From Myxococcota bacterium (GTDB lineage Bacteria; Myxococcota_A; UBA9160; UBA6930), in contig OZ245015.1 of assembly GCA_965223705.1 (NCBI GenBank), forward strand, positions 2,944,001 through 3,008,000: a stretch of 64,000 nt of DNA, written 5' to 3'. Of the stretch, positions 46,808 to 55,951 are shown in pieces. Position numbers and translations under genes: made by a program. The notes beneath the pieces are model-generated. The model was not told where the DNA came from and did not search any database. It saw only the letters and a list, made by a program, of their open reading frames with translations. Position 1 is the stretch's first letter; every line of letters begins with the position of its first letter.

Positions 46808-48019
46808 ATGGCCGATACAGCGAGCCCGCGACGCGCCCTGGTCTTGTCGGGAGGTGGCGCGCGGGGGGCCTATGAAGCAGGGGTACTCTCGTACGTGTTC
46901 GAACACGTCTTCCCCGAGTGCGGCCCCGACGGCGAGTTCGAGATCGCGAGCGGTACCTCCGTGGGCGCGATTCACGCGGCCTACACTACGGCGACGCGCG
47001 GGATGCCCGGCCCGGCGCGTGCGCGCGGACTCCTCGAAGCCTGGGAGTCGATGCGCCTCGCGGAGATGCTGACGCTGCGGGCCTCGGATTTGTGGCGCAT
47101 CCCCTTGCGCGTATTCGGGCTGCGGAGCGAGCGCGCCGTATCGGGACGCACGCTCGGAGGACTCGTCGACGTCTCGCGGCTCGAAGATCTCGTCACGGGA
47201 CGCATCCCCTGGGACCAACTTCGCGAACGCCTGGAGACCGACCGGGTCGCGCTGTGCGTTTCGTGCACGGAAGTCCGCAGCGGCCAGGTCGTGGTCTTCA
47301 TGGCGGGCCAACTCGCCCAGGAGGACGCCTGGGCCTTCGACCCGAACGCCCGGGCCGTGGCCGGCCGGGTCGACCCGCTCCACGTGCGGGCGTCGGCCGC
47401 GATCCCTTTCTTGTTCCCGGCCGTTCGAATCGGCGAGCGCTACTACGTCGATGGGGGGCTTCGGATGAATACGCCGCTCTCCCCGGCCCTGCGGCTGGGC
47501 GCGGACCGGGTCTTCGTCGTGTGCCTGAGGCACCCGCCGAGAGCCGACGAAGACCGGCCTGCGTACCCGGAATCCGCCGTGACCTCACCGGCTTTTCTGC
47601 TGGGCAAGGTGATGAACGCCTTGACACTCGACCAGCTCGAATACGACCTGAAGCGCCTCGAGTTGGTCAACAACATGATCACGCAGGGAGAAGCGGTCTA
47701 CGGCGCCGATTTTCTCGAGCGCATGAACGTCGCGGTCCGCGCCCAGCGCGGGGCCGGCTACCGCCCCGTCGACGCCGAGGCGCTGCGCCCGAGCGAGGAT
47801 TTGGGGGCGCTGGCCGCGGCTTGCTTCGAGCGGGAATCCGCCTCGATGGGCACGGTGGCCCGGTGGCTCGGGCGCGTAACGATCCACGAAGGCGGCCGGG
47901 AGGCCGATCTGCTCTCCTACCTCCTGTTCGATCGCTGCTACACGCGCCGGTTGATCGAGCTCGGTCGCGAAGACGCCGCCGCACGCGCGGATGCGATCCG
48001 GAACCTGCTCGAGACTTGA
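46808..48019 (+). CDS. Patatin-like phospholipase
   Basis: LVLSGGGARGAY, GTSVG and DGG all intact. Confidence 0.9.
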   Translation: MADTASPRRALVLSGGGARGAYEAGVLSYVFEHVFPECGPDGEFEIASGTSVGAIHAAYTTATRGMPGPARARGLLEAWESMRLAEMLTLRASDLWRIPLRVFGLRSERAVSGRTLGGLVDVSRLEDLVTGRIPWDQLRERLETDRVALCVSCTEVRSGQVVVFMAGQLAQEDAWAFDPNARAVAGRVDPLHVRASAAIPFLFPAVRIGERYYVDGGLRMNTPLSPALRLGADRVFVVCLRHPPRADEDRPAYPESAVTSPAFLLGKVMNALTLDQLEYDLKRLELVNNMITQGEAVYGADFLERMNVAVRAQRGAGYRPVDAEALRPSEDLGALAAACFERESASMGTVARWLGRVTIHEGGREADLLSYLLFDRCYTRRLIELGREDAAARADAIRNLLET

Positions 48020-48066
48020 CCGGCTGCCGTCGTTGCGGCGAAGCTTCGGCTCGAGGAGCCACCGTT

Positions 48067-49875
48067 TTGGGAGATACAGCGATCCCGGCAGGCCCGCAGC
48101 CGGCGTGCGATCCGCGCGATGTCATCCACCCCGCCGCGACTCCGCCGCGGGAAGATGATCTCGAAGCGACCTCGGTCTGGGGTTTTCGCGACAGCGCTTT
48201 CTCGGTCAACGCCCGCGGCCACGTGGAATTCTCGGGCGATCGCTACGCCATCGCCGGGCAAGAGCTGACGGAGCTTCTCCCCTGGATGGCGAAGACCCTA
48301 AAGGTCGATCTCGATCCCGCAGACCGATTCCCGCGCGCATCGAGCCAGCCGGTTCCCGACCCGCGAGCGTCCTCCGAGCTGTTGGCCGAGTTCGCGAAAG
48401 CCCTCTCGCCCGAACGGGTCTGCGTCTCTCCCGAGCGCCGGTTGCGCTGCTCTCATGGGCACACCCAAGACGAGATTTTCGCCTTGCATACCGGCGGGTT
48501 GAAGAGAATCGTCGACGTGGTGGTCGAGCCCGCGTCCCGCGCGGAGATCGCCGCCGTGCTCGAGCTTTCGCGAGAACACAACGCGTGCGTCGTGCCCTAC
48601 GGCGGCGGGACGAACGTCACGCTGGCGCTCGCTCCGCCACCCGGTGAAGCACGGACCTGGGTCGCGCTCGATCTCCGTCGCATGAATCGCGTTCGCTGGA
48701 TCGATCCGCGCAACCGCCTGGCGTGCATCGAGGCCGGCGCCGTGGGCCGTACGCTCCAAGCGACGCTTGCCGAGCACGGATTCACGTTGGGACACGAGCC
48801 CGACAGCATCGAGTTCTCCACGCTCGGCGGGTGGATCGCGACCGCAGCCAGCGGCATGAAGAAAAACCGTTATGGGAACATCGAGGACCTCGTCGTCGAC
48901 GTCGAAGCGGTGACGCCGAGCGGCACTCTCGGGCGTGCGCGGTCCGCGCCGCGTGAGTCCGTGGGAAACGATCCGGCGAATTGGCTGATCGGGTCCGAGG
49001 GCTCCCTCGGCGTCATCACCTGCGCTGTGGTGAAACTCTTTCCCCTGCCCGAGGTGAAGCGCTACGCCTCCGTCGTCTTCCGGGATTTCGGAAGCGGGCT
49101 GGGCTTCATCGAAGCCTTAAACGCCGAGGGCGACCTTCCCGCGAGCGTGCGACTCGTCGACAACCTGCAGTTCCAGTTCAGCCAAGCGCTGCGTCCGCAA
49201 AGCCACGGCTGGCGAGCCCGCAAGCGACAACTCGAGCGCTGGTTCGTCACCCGGGTGAAAGGATTCGAACCGGATCGAATGACCGCCTGCACCCTGGTGT
49301 ACGAAGGCAGCGCCTCGCACGTGAGGCACCAGGAGAAGCGTGTAGCCCGTCTGACGCGACAGTTCGGCGGTCTCGCCGGGGGCGCCGAAAACGGCGAACG
49401 GGGCTACCAGCTGACGTTCAGCATCGCGTACATCCGCGACTTCGCCCTGCAGCACTTCATTCTGGGCGAGTCGTTCGAAACATCGGTCGCGTGGAGCGAT
49501 CTCGAAAAGCTCTGCGAGAACGTGAAGCAGCGGCTCTACGCCGAACACGACAAGCGGGGCCTACCGGGCCGCCCGTTCGTGACGTGCCGGGTGACGCAGC
49601 TCTACGACACCGGGGTGTGCGTCTACTTTTACTTCGCGTTCCATTTTCAAGGTGTCACGCAACCTTCCGAATTATTTGCTGAAATTGAACGAGCGGCGAG
49701 GGATGAGATTCTCGCCAGCGGGGGCTCGCTCTCCCATCACCACGGCATCGGAAAACTTCGAGCCGGCTTTCTCGATCGGGTCTTTTCGGGCGCCGCGCTG
49801 AGATTTCGGCGTGAGCTCAAACATCAAATCGATCCCGAGAATCTGCTCGGTGCGGGGAACCAAGGGCTCTCGTGA
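48067..49875 (+). CDS. agps: Alkyl-dihydroxyacetonephosphate (alkylglycerone-phosphate) synthase, eukaryote-like FAD enzyme
   Basis: WGFRDS, HGHTQDEI, PYGGGTNV, GHEPDSIEFSTLGGWI, SGMKKNRYGNIEDL, SVRLVDNLQFQF, GESFETS, CRVTQLYD.G.CVYFYF, GGSLSHHHGIGK. TTG start after GAGGAG. Confidence 0.88.
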   Translation: MGDTAIPAGPQPACDPRDVIHPAATPPREDDLEATSVWGFRDSAFSVNARGHVEFSGDRYAIAGQELTELLPWMAKTLKVDLDPADRFPRASSQPVPDPRASSELLAEFAKALSPERVCVSPERRLRCSHGHTQDEIFALHTGGLKRIVDVVVEPASRAEIAAVLELSREHNACVVPYGGGTNVTLALAPPPGEARTWVALDLRRMNRVRWIDPRNRLACIEAGAVGRTLQATLAEHGFTLGHEPDSIEFSTLGGWIATAASGMKKNRYGNIEDLVVDVEAVTPSGTLGRARSAPRESVGNDPANWLIGSEGSLGVITCAVVKLFPLPEVKRYASVVFRDFGSGLGFIEALNAEGDLPASVRLVDNLQFQFSQALRPQSHGWRARKRQLERWFVTRVKGFEPDRMTACTLVYEGSASHVRHQEKRVARLTRQFGGLAGGAENGERGYQLTFSIAYIRDFALQHFILGESFETSVAWSDLEKLCENVKQRLYAEHDKRGLPGRPFVTCRVTQLYDTGVCVYFYFAFHFQGVTQPSELFAEIERAARDEILASGGSLSHHHGIGKLRAGFLDRVFSGAALRFRRELKHQIDPENLLGAGNQGLS

Positions 49876-51977
49876 CACGGACCGTCCTGTTGAGCGGAGC
49901 TACGGGCTTCGTCGGAAAGGTCCTGCTCGAACGCCTCCTCGCGGAGCGCGAAGCGCTCGGGATCGAGCGCGTGATCGCGCTCGTTCGCGCGCACGACGAC
50001 GATGCGGCACGCGCGCGGCTCGAACACGAGGTGCTCTCCTCGGAGTGCTTTTCGAGACTGCCCGCCGAAGCCAGATCGCCGGTTGCGGCCGCGGCCTTCG
50101 ATCTGACGCTCCCGGAGCTCGGCCTCTCGGCCGAAGCACGGCGCGACATCCTCGAACACGTCACGCACGTCCTCCACGGAGCGGCCTCGGTGGAATTCGA
50201 GCTCCCTCTACGCGAAGCCGTACAGATCAACGCCGAAGGCTCTCTCGCGATGCTCGAGCTCGCGGAGGCGTGTCGACATCCGGTGGTCTTCGGTCTCATT
50301 TCGACGGCTTACGCGACACCTCACCAAACCGGCGAGATCGCAGAGGATCGGCTCGCTCCCCTGCCGCGACCCGCGCGCGCGCTCTACGAGGACAGCCGGG
50401 CCGTCGGCGACGAAGCGCGCGCGCTTGCCGAGACCGGTCATCCGAACACCTACACGTGGAGCAAATGCTTGGCGGAGCATCTCGTCGCCGAGCGCGCCGA
50501 GCGCTCTCGGGTGCGTATCCTGCGGCCGAGCATCGTTTCCGCTTGCTCGGAGCGACCGTTTCCCGGCTGGATCGACAGCGGCGCCGCGTTCGCAGGCTTC
50601 GTCACATTGCTCGGCACGGGACAACTGCGCGCCGTCTGTGCACGACCGGACGTGCAGCTCGACATCGTTCCGTGCGACCGGGTCTGCGAGGAAGCGATCG
50701 CGCTCTGCTTCGAGGACGATCCTTCCGCGTGCGTCATCCGGCACGCTGTGGCCGGCTCGGCGGGGTCGCTTCCGATCGCGATGTGCCGCCGCGAGATCGC
50801 TCGGTTTTTCCTCCGTTTCCCCGTCGGCCTCGGACCCCGCATCCGCTTCGTCGGCCCCGACGGATTGCGCTTTCGGATCGCCGACTGGCTGTTTCACGAA
50901 GTCCCGTTTCGGTTGCGCGGAGCGTTCTCCTCCTTGCGCGGCGACGCCGTCCGCGCCGGCGCGGCGCTGCGGAGCCTCGACCGCGTGCGCCAGCTGAACC
51001 GAACGTTCCATCACTTCACCCATCGGGAATTCACTTTTCGAACGGAATCCGCGCGCGACCTGGGCGGATCTCGCGAGCGGTACCTCGAAATCGTGTGCCG
51101 GGGGGTGTACCGGCATCTGTTGCGGCGCGACGATTCCGAATGCCCCATCGCCGGCTCCGAAGCTCCCCGGTCCCTACCGGTTCCGATTCGGGATCGCTTC
51201 CGAGTCGGTTGGCTCCGCGCCGCGCTCCGCCGGGTGGCTCCGCTCGTCACTTACGAGCCCGGCGGCCTCGAGAAGGCGGTGTCCGATCTCGGGCGAGCGC
51301 CCACGGTCCTTCTGACGTCGCGGACGGGCGGGTGCCTCGATGTCGCGATCGTTCGCCTGCTCGTGTCCCTGCGACCTGAACTCGGCCTTCTCCACCTGCG
51401 AGAAGTGCAAGACGCGGCGGGGCTGCAAGCTGCACTCCGCGCGCATGAGACGCCGGTGCTCGCGGCCTCGAGCGACACGCGGGCCGCGGCGGAAACGATC
51501 CGAGTCGCCGGCAGCCCGATCACCGTGCTTCCGATTCCAATTCATTTCGAACACCCGCTTCCGAACGACGCCGCTCCCTTGCGGATCCGCGACGTCTTTT
51601 TCAGAGCGATGCCCCGGGTCGGCCGCATTCACGCTCGCTGCGGTGCACCTCTGACGATCGAAGGCAGCGCCGAGCCCGGGACTCTCACCGCGCGACTCGA
51701 TCAAGCGTTGCGCCGCGCCGCGCCGCTCTCGAGCCAGGAGCTACGGTCTTTCGTGCGCGCTCAGCGCATCGACGTCCACCCGGGTCGGCTCGCCGAGGCG
51801 TTGCGACGCCGGGGTGAGCAGGTACTCCGAACGCGCTCCGCGGGAAATGACTCAGACGCGTTTCCGCGCTTTCTGTGGCGCCTCGCGCCGACGTCGACCC
51901 GACCGGCCGACGGAGCGGATGAGGACGCTCCGGAGCTCTGCGCGTTTCACCAAGCCCTACGGACCGGTTGGCCCTAG
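49872..51977 (+). CDS. Alcohol-forming fatty acyl-CoA reductase (male-sterility type) fused to a degenerate GNPAT/GPAT-like domain
   Basis: SGATGFVGKVLLERLL, HGAASV.F, HPNTYTWSK (YxxxK), RPSIV...PFPGWID, DIVPCD. C-terminal PTVLLTS...LD, VLPIPIHFE, GRIHARCGAP. GTGA overlap with AGPS. Confidence 0.82.
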   Translation: MTRTVLLSGATGFVGKVLLERLLAEREALGIERVIALVRAHDDDAARARLEHEVLSSECFSRLPAEARSPVAAAAFDLTLPELGLSAEARRDILEHVTHVLHGAASVEFELPLREAVQINAEGSLAMLELAEACRHPVVFGLISTAYATPHQTGEIAEDRLAPLPRPARALYEDSRAVGDEARALAETGHPNTYTWSKCLAEHLVAERAERSRVRILRPSIVSACSERPFPGWIDSGAAFAGFVTLLGTGQLRAVCARPDVQLDIVPCDRVCEEAIALCFEDDPSACVIRHAVAGSAGSLPIAMCRREIARFFLRFPVGLGPRIRFVGPDGLRFRIADWLFHEVPFRLRGAFSSLRGDAVRAGAALRSLDRVRQLNRTFHHFTHREFTFRTESARDLGGSRERYLEIVCRGVYRHLLRRDDSECPIAGSEAPRSLPVPIRDRFRVGWLRAALRRVAPLVTYEPGGLEKAVSDLGRAPTVLLTSRTGGCLDVAIVRLLVSLRPELGLLHLREVQDAAGLQAALRAHETPVLAASSDTRAAAETIRVAGSPITVLPIPIHFEHPLPNDAAPLRIRDVFFRAMPRVGRIHARCGAPLTIEGSAEPGTLTARLDQALRRAAPLSSQELRSFVRAQRIDVHPGRLAEALRRRGEQVLRTRSAGNDSDAFPRFLWRLAPTSTRPADGADEDAPELCAFHQALRTGWP

Positions 51978-52816
51978 ATCGCGATTCGGGCAGGCGGCGC
52001 CGGCAGACCGGGCGTTTCGACCCGTGTCCGAAGCAAACATCCGTCGAGTGCGCCTTCCGTGTGGTCGGCGGTGACGACAAAGAGATCCCGCAGGTCTTCG
52101 CCGCCGAAGCACAAGCTCGTGACCGCTCGCGATGGAACCGTCAGGGTTTCTACGTGGCGGCCCGACGCGTCGAAGTGGTCGATCCCCCCACCGTCGTAGT
52201 TCGCGACCCAGACGTCCCCGGCGCGGTCGACGGCGAGCCCATCGGGCAGTCCGCGGGACAACTTCGCGAAGACGCGCCGCCCGCTCACCTCCCCGTTTTC
52301 CGCAGCGTCGTGGAGGATGATCGCTCCATCGGCCGAATCGCTGTGGTAGAGCTTGCGGCCGTCGGGCGAGAAACCGATGCCGTTCGTCAGGCCGACGTCG
52401 CCGTAGAGCTCCTCGACGGAGCCATCCAAATCGATCCGATACAGCTCGCCCGGAATGCGATCCTTCCCCTGGTCGAAGGGATTCGAGCGCAACGAGCCGA
52501 CGTAAACGCGACCGGTCTCATCGGCGAACAGGTCGTTGAATCCCCCGACCTCCGGAATTTCCAGCAAGATGGTGGTCACGCCATCGCGAACATGGCAGAT
52601 GTTGCGACCCGACATCACGAGGCCACCGTCCGCGTGGAGTGCGATCCCACCGACCCCGCGCCGTTTGGGAACCACGGTCGCGACGCCGCCGGACTCGTCG
52701 ACGGCGTACACGCCGCCCCGTGTGACGTCGGCCATGAAAAGAGCGCCATCGCGATAGCGGGGTCCCTCGAGCAGGCCGAAACCGTGAGCTAAGACGTCGA
52801 ACTGCGGTGTCGTCAT
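51974..52816 (-). CDS. SMP-30/gluconolactonase/LRE family protein
   Basis: LEGPR, FND, TNGIGFSPDG, PDGLAVD, TSLCFGG. Confidence 0.9.
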   Translation of the reverse strand: MTTPQFDVLAHGFGLLEGPRYRDGALFMADVTRGGVYAVDESGGVATVVPKRRGVGGIALHADGGLVMSGRNICHVRDGVTTILLEIPEVGGFNDLFADETGRVYVGSLRSNPFDQGKDRIPGELYRIDLDGSVEELYGDVGLTNGIGFSPDGRKLYHSDSADGAIILHDAAENGEVSGRRVFAKLSRGLPDGLAVDRAGDVWVANYDGGGIDHFDASGRHVETLTVPSRAVTSLCFGGEDLRDLFVVTADHTEGALDGCLLRTRVETPGLPAPPARIAI

Positions 52817-52892
52817 GGCCCGAGCCTATCACGAGGTGAAGTCGCTTCGGCAACCCCTCCCCGCTTCCGGACCTTCGCGGTAGCGTACGCCC

Positions 52893-53963
52893 GTGACGAC
52901 ACAAACCGTCATGCCCGAACTCGCCCCGGTCCGCGCGGGCGAGGAATTCGATCACGATGCGGTCGACGCGTTCGCGAAACGCCACGTCGACGGGCTCACC
53001 GGCAGACTCGAAGTCCTTCAATTTCCGGGAGGCCACGCGAACCTCACGTACTTGCTCCGCTACGGCGAACGCGAGCTCGTCCTCAGGCGACCGCCTTTTG
53101 GGCCGATTCCGCCGGGCGCAAACGACATGGTCCGCGAATACAAGGTCCTGTCGAAACTCTGGCGGTACTTCGACCGCGCGCCCCGCGCCTTCGCGCTCTG
53201 TGAAGATCCCGGTGTGATCGGCGCGACGTTCCTCCTGATGGAGCGCCGGCACGGACTGGTTGTGCGCAACGCGATTCCCGAAGAGATGAGACATCACAAG
53301 GATGTCGAACGGCGCGTGAGCTTGGCGTTGATCGACGCCATGGTCGATTTCCACGACATCGACTTCCAGGAGGCGGGGTTCGGAGACCTCGGCCGCCCCG
53401 AAGGTTTCGTCGATCGCCAGCTCGAGGGTTGGCACAAGCGGTGGCACCTCGCCAAGGATCGGGAGGTCGCCGCGGTCGATCGATTGCACGCCCGCCTCTT
53501 GGCGGACCAACCCCGCTCCCCGCAAGCCACACTCGTTCACAACGACTTCAAGCTCGACAACGGGCAGTTTGACGCCGACAACCCGGACCGAATCCAGTCG
53601 ATCTTCGATTGGGACATGACCACCCTGGGCGATCCTCTGATCGATTTGGGAACCGTGCTCAGCTACTGGGTCGAATCCCAGGCATACGAGCCCGAGCGCG
53701 TGACGGTCACGCTGATGGGACAAGCGGGCTTCCCGAAGCCGGTCGAGCTGGCGGAACACTACGCGGGGCAGCGCGACGTCTCGGTGGAAACCATCGCCTG
53801 GTACACGAGCTTCGCGCTCTGGAAGCTCGCGATCGTGGTGCAGCAAATCTACATCCGTTGGAAGAACGGCCAGACGACGGACGAGCGCTTCAGCACGTTC
53901 GGTCAGCGCGTCGAGGGTCTCGTCGAACTCGGTTTCCGCGCCGCCGACGGAGACCTCGGCTAG
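52893..53963 (+). CDS. APH-family phosphotransferase
   Basis: QFPGGHANLTY, VLRRPP, LVHNDFKLDN, FDWDM, GDPLIDLG. Confidence 0.9.
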   Translation: MTTQTVMPELAPVRAGEEFDHDAVDAFAKRHVDGLTGRLEVLQFPGGHANLTYLLRYGERELVLRRPPFGPIPPGANDMVREYKVLSKLWRYFDRAPRAFALCEDPGVIGATFLLMERRHGLVVRNAIPEEMRHHKDVERRVSLALIDAMVDFHDIDFQEAGFGDLGRPEGFVDRQLEGWHKRWHLAKDREVAAVDRLHARLLADQPRSPQATLVHNDFKLDNGQFDADNPDRIQSIFDWDMTTLGDPLIDLGTVLSYWVESQAYEPERVTVTLMGQAGFPKPVELAEHYAGQRDVSVETIAWYTSFALWKLAIVVQQIYIRWKNGQTTDERFSTFGQRVEGLVELGFRAADGDLG

Positions 53964-53966
53964 GCG

Positions 53967-55175
53967 CTACGGGTCGGCGCGCCGGATACGCGCGATCTCG
54001 TCGTCGGAAAGGCCGGCGCTGCGCAGCACGTCGTCCGTGTCGGCGCCGAGACGAGGCGCCGCGCGTCCGCTCGGCCCGGTGTGCTCCGAGAGCGAGAACG
54101 GCGGGGCGATCGAATCAAAACGGCCCGCAACCTCCTCCTCGAGTGGGGTCGTGTACCCGTTCGCAGCGACTTGCTCGTCCTGCAACGCCTCCGCCATCGT
54201 GCGAGCCGGGGCCCAGATCAATCCCGCCTTCGCGAGTCGGCCTTCCCACGCGGCCAAGGTCTCGGTCGCAAAAACGGCGTCGAGTTCGCCGACGAGTTCC
54301 GCGCTGTGCGCGGCCCGGCTTTCGGCGTCGCGAAAGCGCGCGTCCTCGAGCCACCTTTCGCGCCCGACGGCCCGCGCGACCAGCGGCCAATAACGGTCCG
54401 ACTCGACCATCACGAGAAACAGCCACCGGTCATCCGCGGTGCGGTACTGGTTCCACAAAGGGTTCGACGGCGCCTCGCGCACGTGGCGTGGCGGGTTCTT
54501 TCCGGTGGCCGCGACCATCGCTGTGTCGCACCCGGAGACATAGAGCCCGACGCCCATCAACGAAACGTCGATGTACTGTCCGCGACCGGTCCTTTCCTTG
54601 ACACGCAGCGCCGACAGGATGCCGGTGACCAGTGACAGGCCGGCGGCGTGGTCGCCGAGTCCCGGTCGCAGGAATGCCGGCGGCGTGCCCTGATCGTGCA
54701 TCAAGTCCATCAACCCGGTGCGGGCCCAGTACGCGGCGTAGTCGAACGCGGGGGTGCTCGCATCGGCGCCTTTCGATCCGTAGCCCGTCAGGGACGCGTA
54801 GATGAGATCGGGCTTTCGCCCGAGAAGCCCCTCGGCGTCGAGCCGAAAGCGCGGCCTGCGGTCGGGCAGCGTGTTCGTCAGCAGGACATCGGCCGTGTCG
54901 ATCACGCGGTGCAACGCGTCGACGGACTCGGGCTGCTTCAAATCGAGGGCGAGAGAGCGCTTACCGCGGTTGTTGAGTTGAAAGCCGGGCGACGCGTCGA
55001 AGTCGGAGTCGATGCCGGCGAAGGCGGGCCGAACGTGTCGATAGATCTCGCCTTCCGGTACTTCGACCTTGATCACTTCGGCGCCGAGGTCCGCGAGCAG
55101 CGCCCCCGCAGAGGGCGCTGCGACGAAATGCGCGACTTCGATGACACGGATGCCCTCGAGCGGAGCGGGAAGCAT
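53967..55175 (-). CDS. Class III CoA-transferase (CaiB/BaiF family)
   Basis: PLEGIRVIE, GAEVIKVE, NRGKRS, GLGDHAAG, APRLG. Confidence 0.92.
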   Translation of the reverse strand: MLPAPLEGIRVIEVAHFVAAPSAGALLADLGAEVIKVEVPEGEIYRHVRPAFAGIDSDFDASPGFQLNNRGKRSLALDLKQPESVDALHRVIDTADVLLTNTLPDRRPRFRLDAEGLLGRKPDLIYASLTGYGSKGADASTPAFDYAAYWARTGLMDLMHDQGTPPAFLRPGLGDHAAGLSLVTGILSALRVKERTGRGQYIDVSLMGVGLYVSGCDTAMVAATGKNPPRHVREAPSNPLWNQYRTADDRWLFLVMVESDRYWPLVARAVGRERWLEDARFRDAESRAAHSAELVGELDAVFATETLAAWEGRLAKAGLIWAPARTMAEALQDEQVAANGYTTPLEEEVAGRFDSIAPPFSLSEHTGPSGRAAPRLGADTDDVLRSAGLSDDEIARIRRADP

Positions 55176-55184
55176 AGGGATTCC

Positions 55185-55823
55185 TCACCGGGGGTTCGGG
55201 AGTAGTAGAGTCTGGCCGGGATAGATGTTGTTCGGATCGACGATGCGATCGCGGTTCTCTTCGTAGATCCGCCGGTAATCGCGCAGCCTGCCGTAGCGGC
55301 GCTTCGCGATGTTGCTCAGGCTGTCGCCCTCCTTCACCACGTAGAGATCTCCGGCTTCCGGGTCGGGAGGGATTGCGGCGAGCGCAGGGTCGGCGGTAAA
55401 TGCCGGCGGTTCGCCCGGCGATCGCGGAGGCGGCGACACCGGAGGAGGTTCGGAGGGAGTGCGCGCGGCGATGACCTCCGGGTCGGAAGGCTCCCGGGGT
55501 GGCGCTACCGGCTCGACAGGATCGGCATCCGCCGCGGGCTCCGCCGACTCACTCGGTGTGTCCATAGGTTCCTGAAGACTCGCGGGCGCGCCCCGGCGTG
55601 AACCCGCCGCCGCGGCTTCGATCCGCTCCGCGGTCTCCGCAGCCGTCGCCGCGGGAAAGGCCGCGACCGCCGCGTCCGGGCGCGTCTCGGGTGCGGCGGC
55701 CTCAGGCACGACCGGGCCCCGTGCCGCATGTGAGGCAGCGGGGCTCACCCCCTTCGTGAACCACCCCAATGCGAGACCGAGCAGCACGGTCAACGCGAGC
55801 ATCATCAGAATCGGGGTGCGCAT
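55185..55823 (-). CDS. Membrane-anchored/secreted LysM peptidoglycan-binding protein
   Basis: N-terminal hydrophobic helix, Pro/Ala/Glu-rich linker, YVVKEGDSLSNIAKRRYG...IYEEN...IYPGQTL. Confidence 0.88.
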   Translation of the reverse strand: MRTPILMMLALTVLLGLALGWFTKGVSPAASHAARGPVVPEAAAPETRPDAAVAAFPAATAAETAERIEAAAAGSRRGAPASLQEPMDTPSESAEPAADADPVEPVAPPREPSDPEVIAARTPSEPPPVSPPPRSPGEPPAFTADPALAAIPPDPEAGDLYVVKEGDSLSNIAKRRYGRLRDYRRIYEENRDRIVDPNNIYPGQTLLLPNPR

Positions 55824-55951
55824 GGCGAGAATCCTTTCGGTATACGCGGGGGGCGCCGGGTTAGACTACCGGGACTTTCGGTCTTGACGAAAGCACTCTG
55901 CGATGCCCCGAGGGGAAAAGCCGCAGACGTGCATGCCTGTGAGGAAAACCG

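Noticed and set aside
46918..48066. N-terminal ~380-aa extension of the 985-aa ORF, suggesting a patatin-AGPS frameshift fusion
   Set aside because: The extension is Arg/Gly/Pro-rich off-frame shadow of the patatin gene. AGPS similarity begins only after ~48150, and there is a good SD + TTG at 48067.
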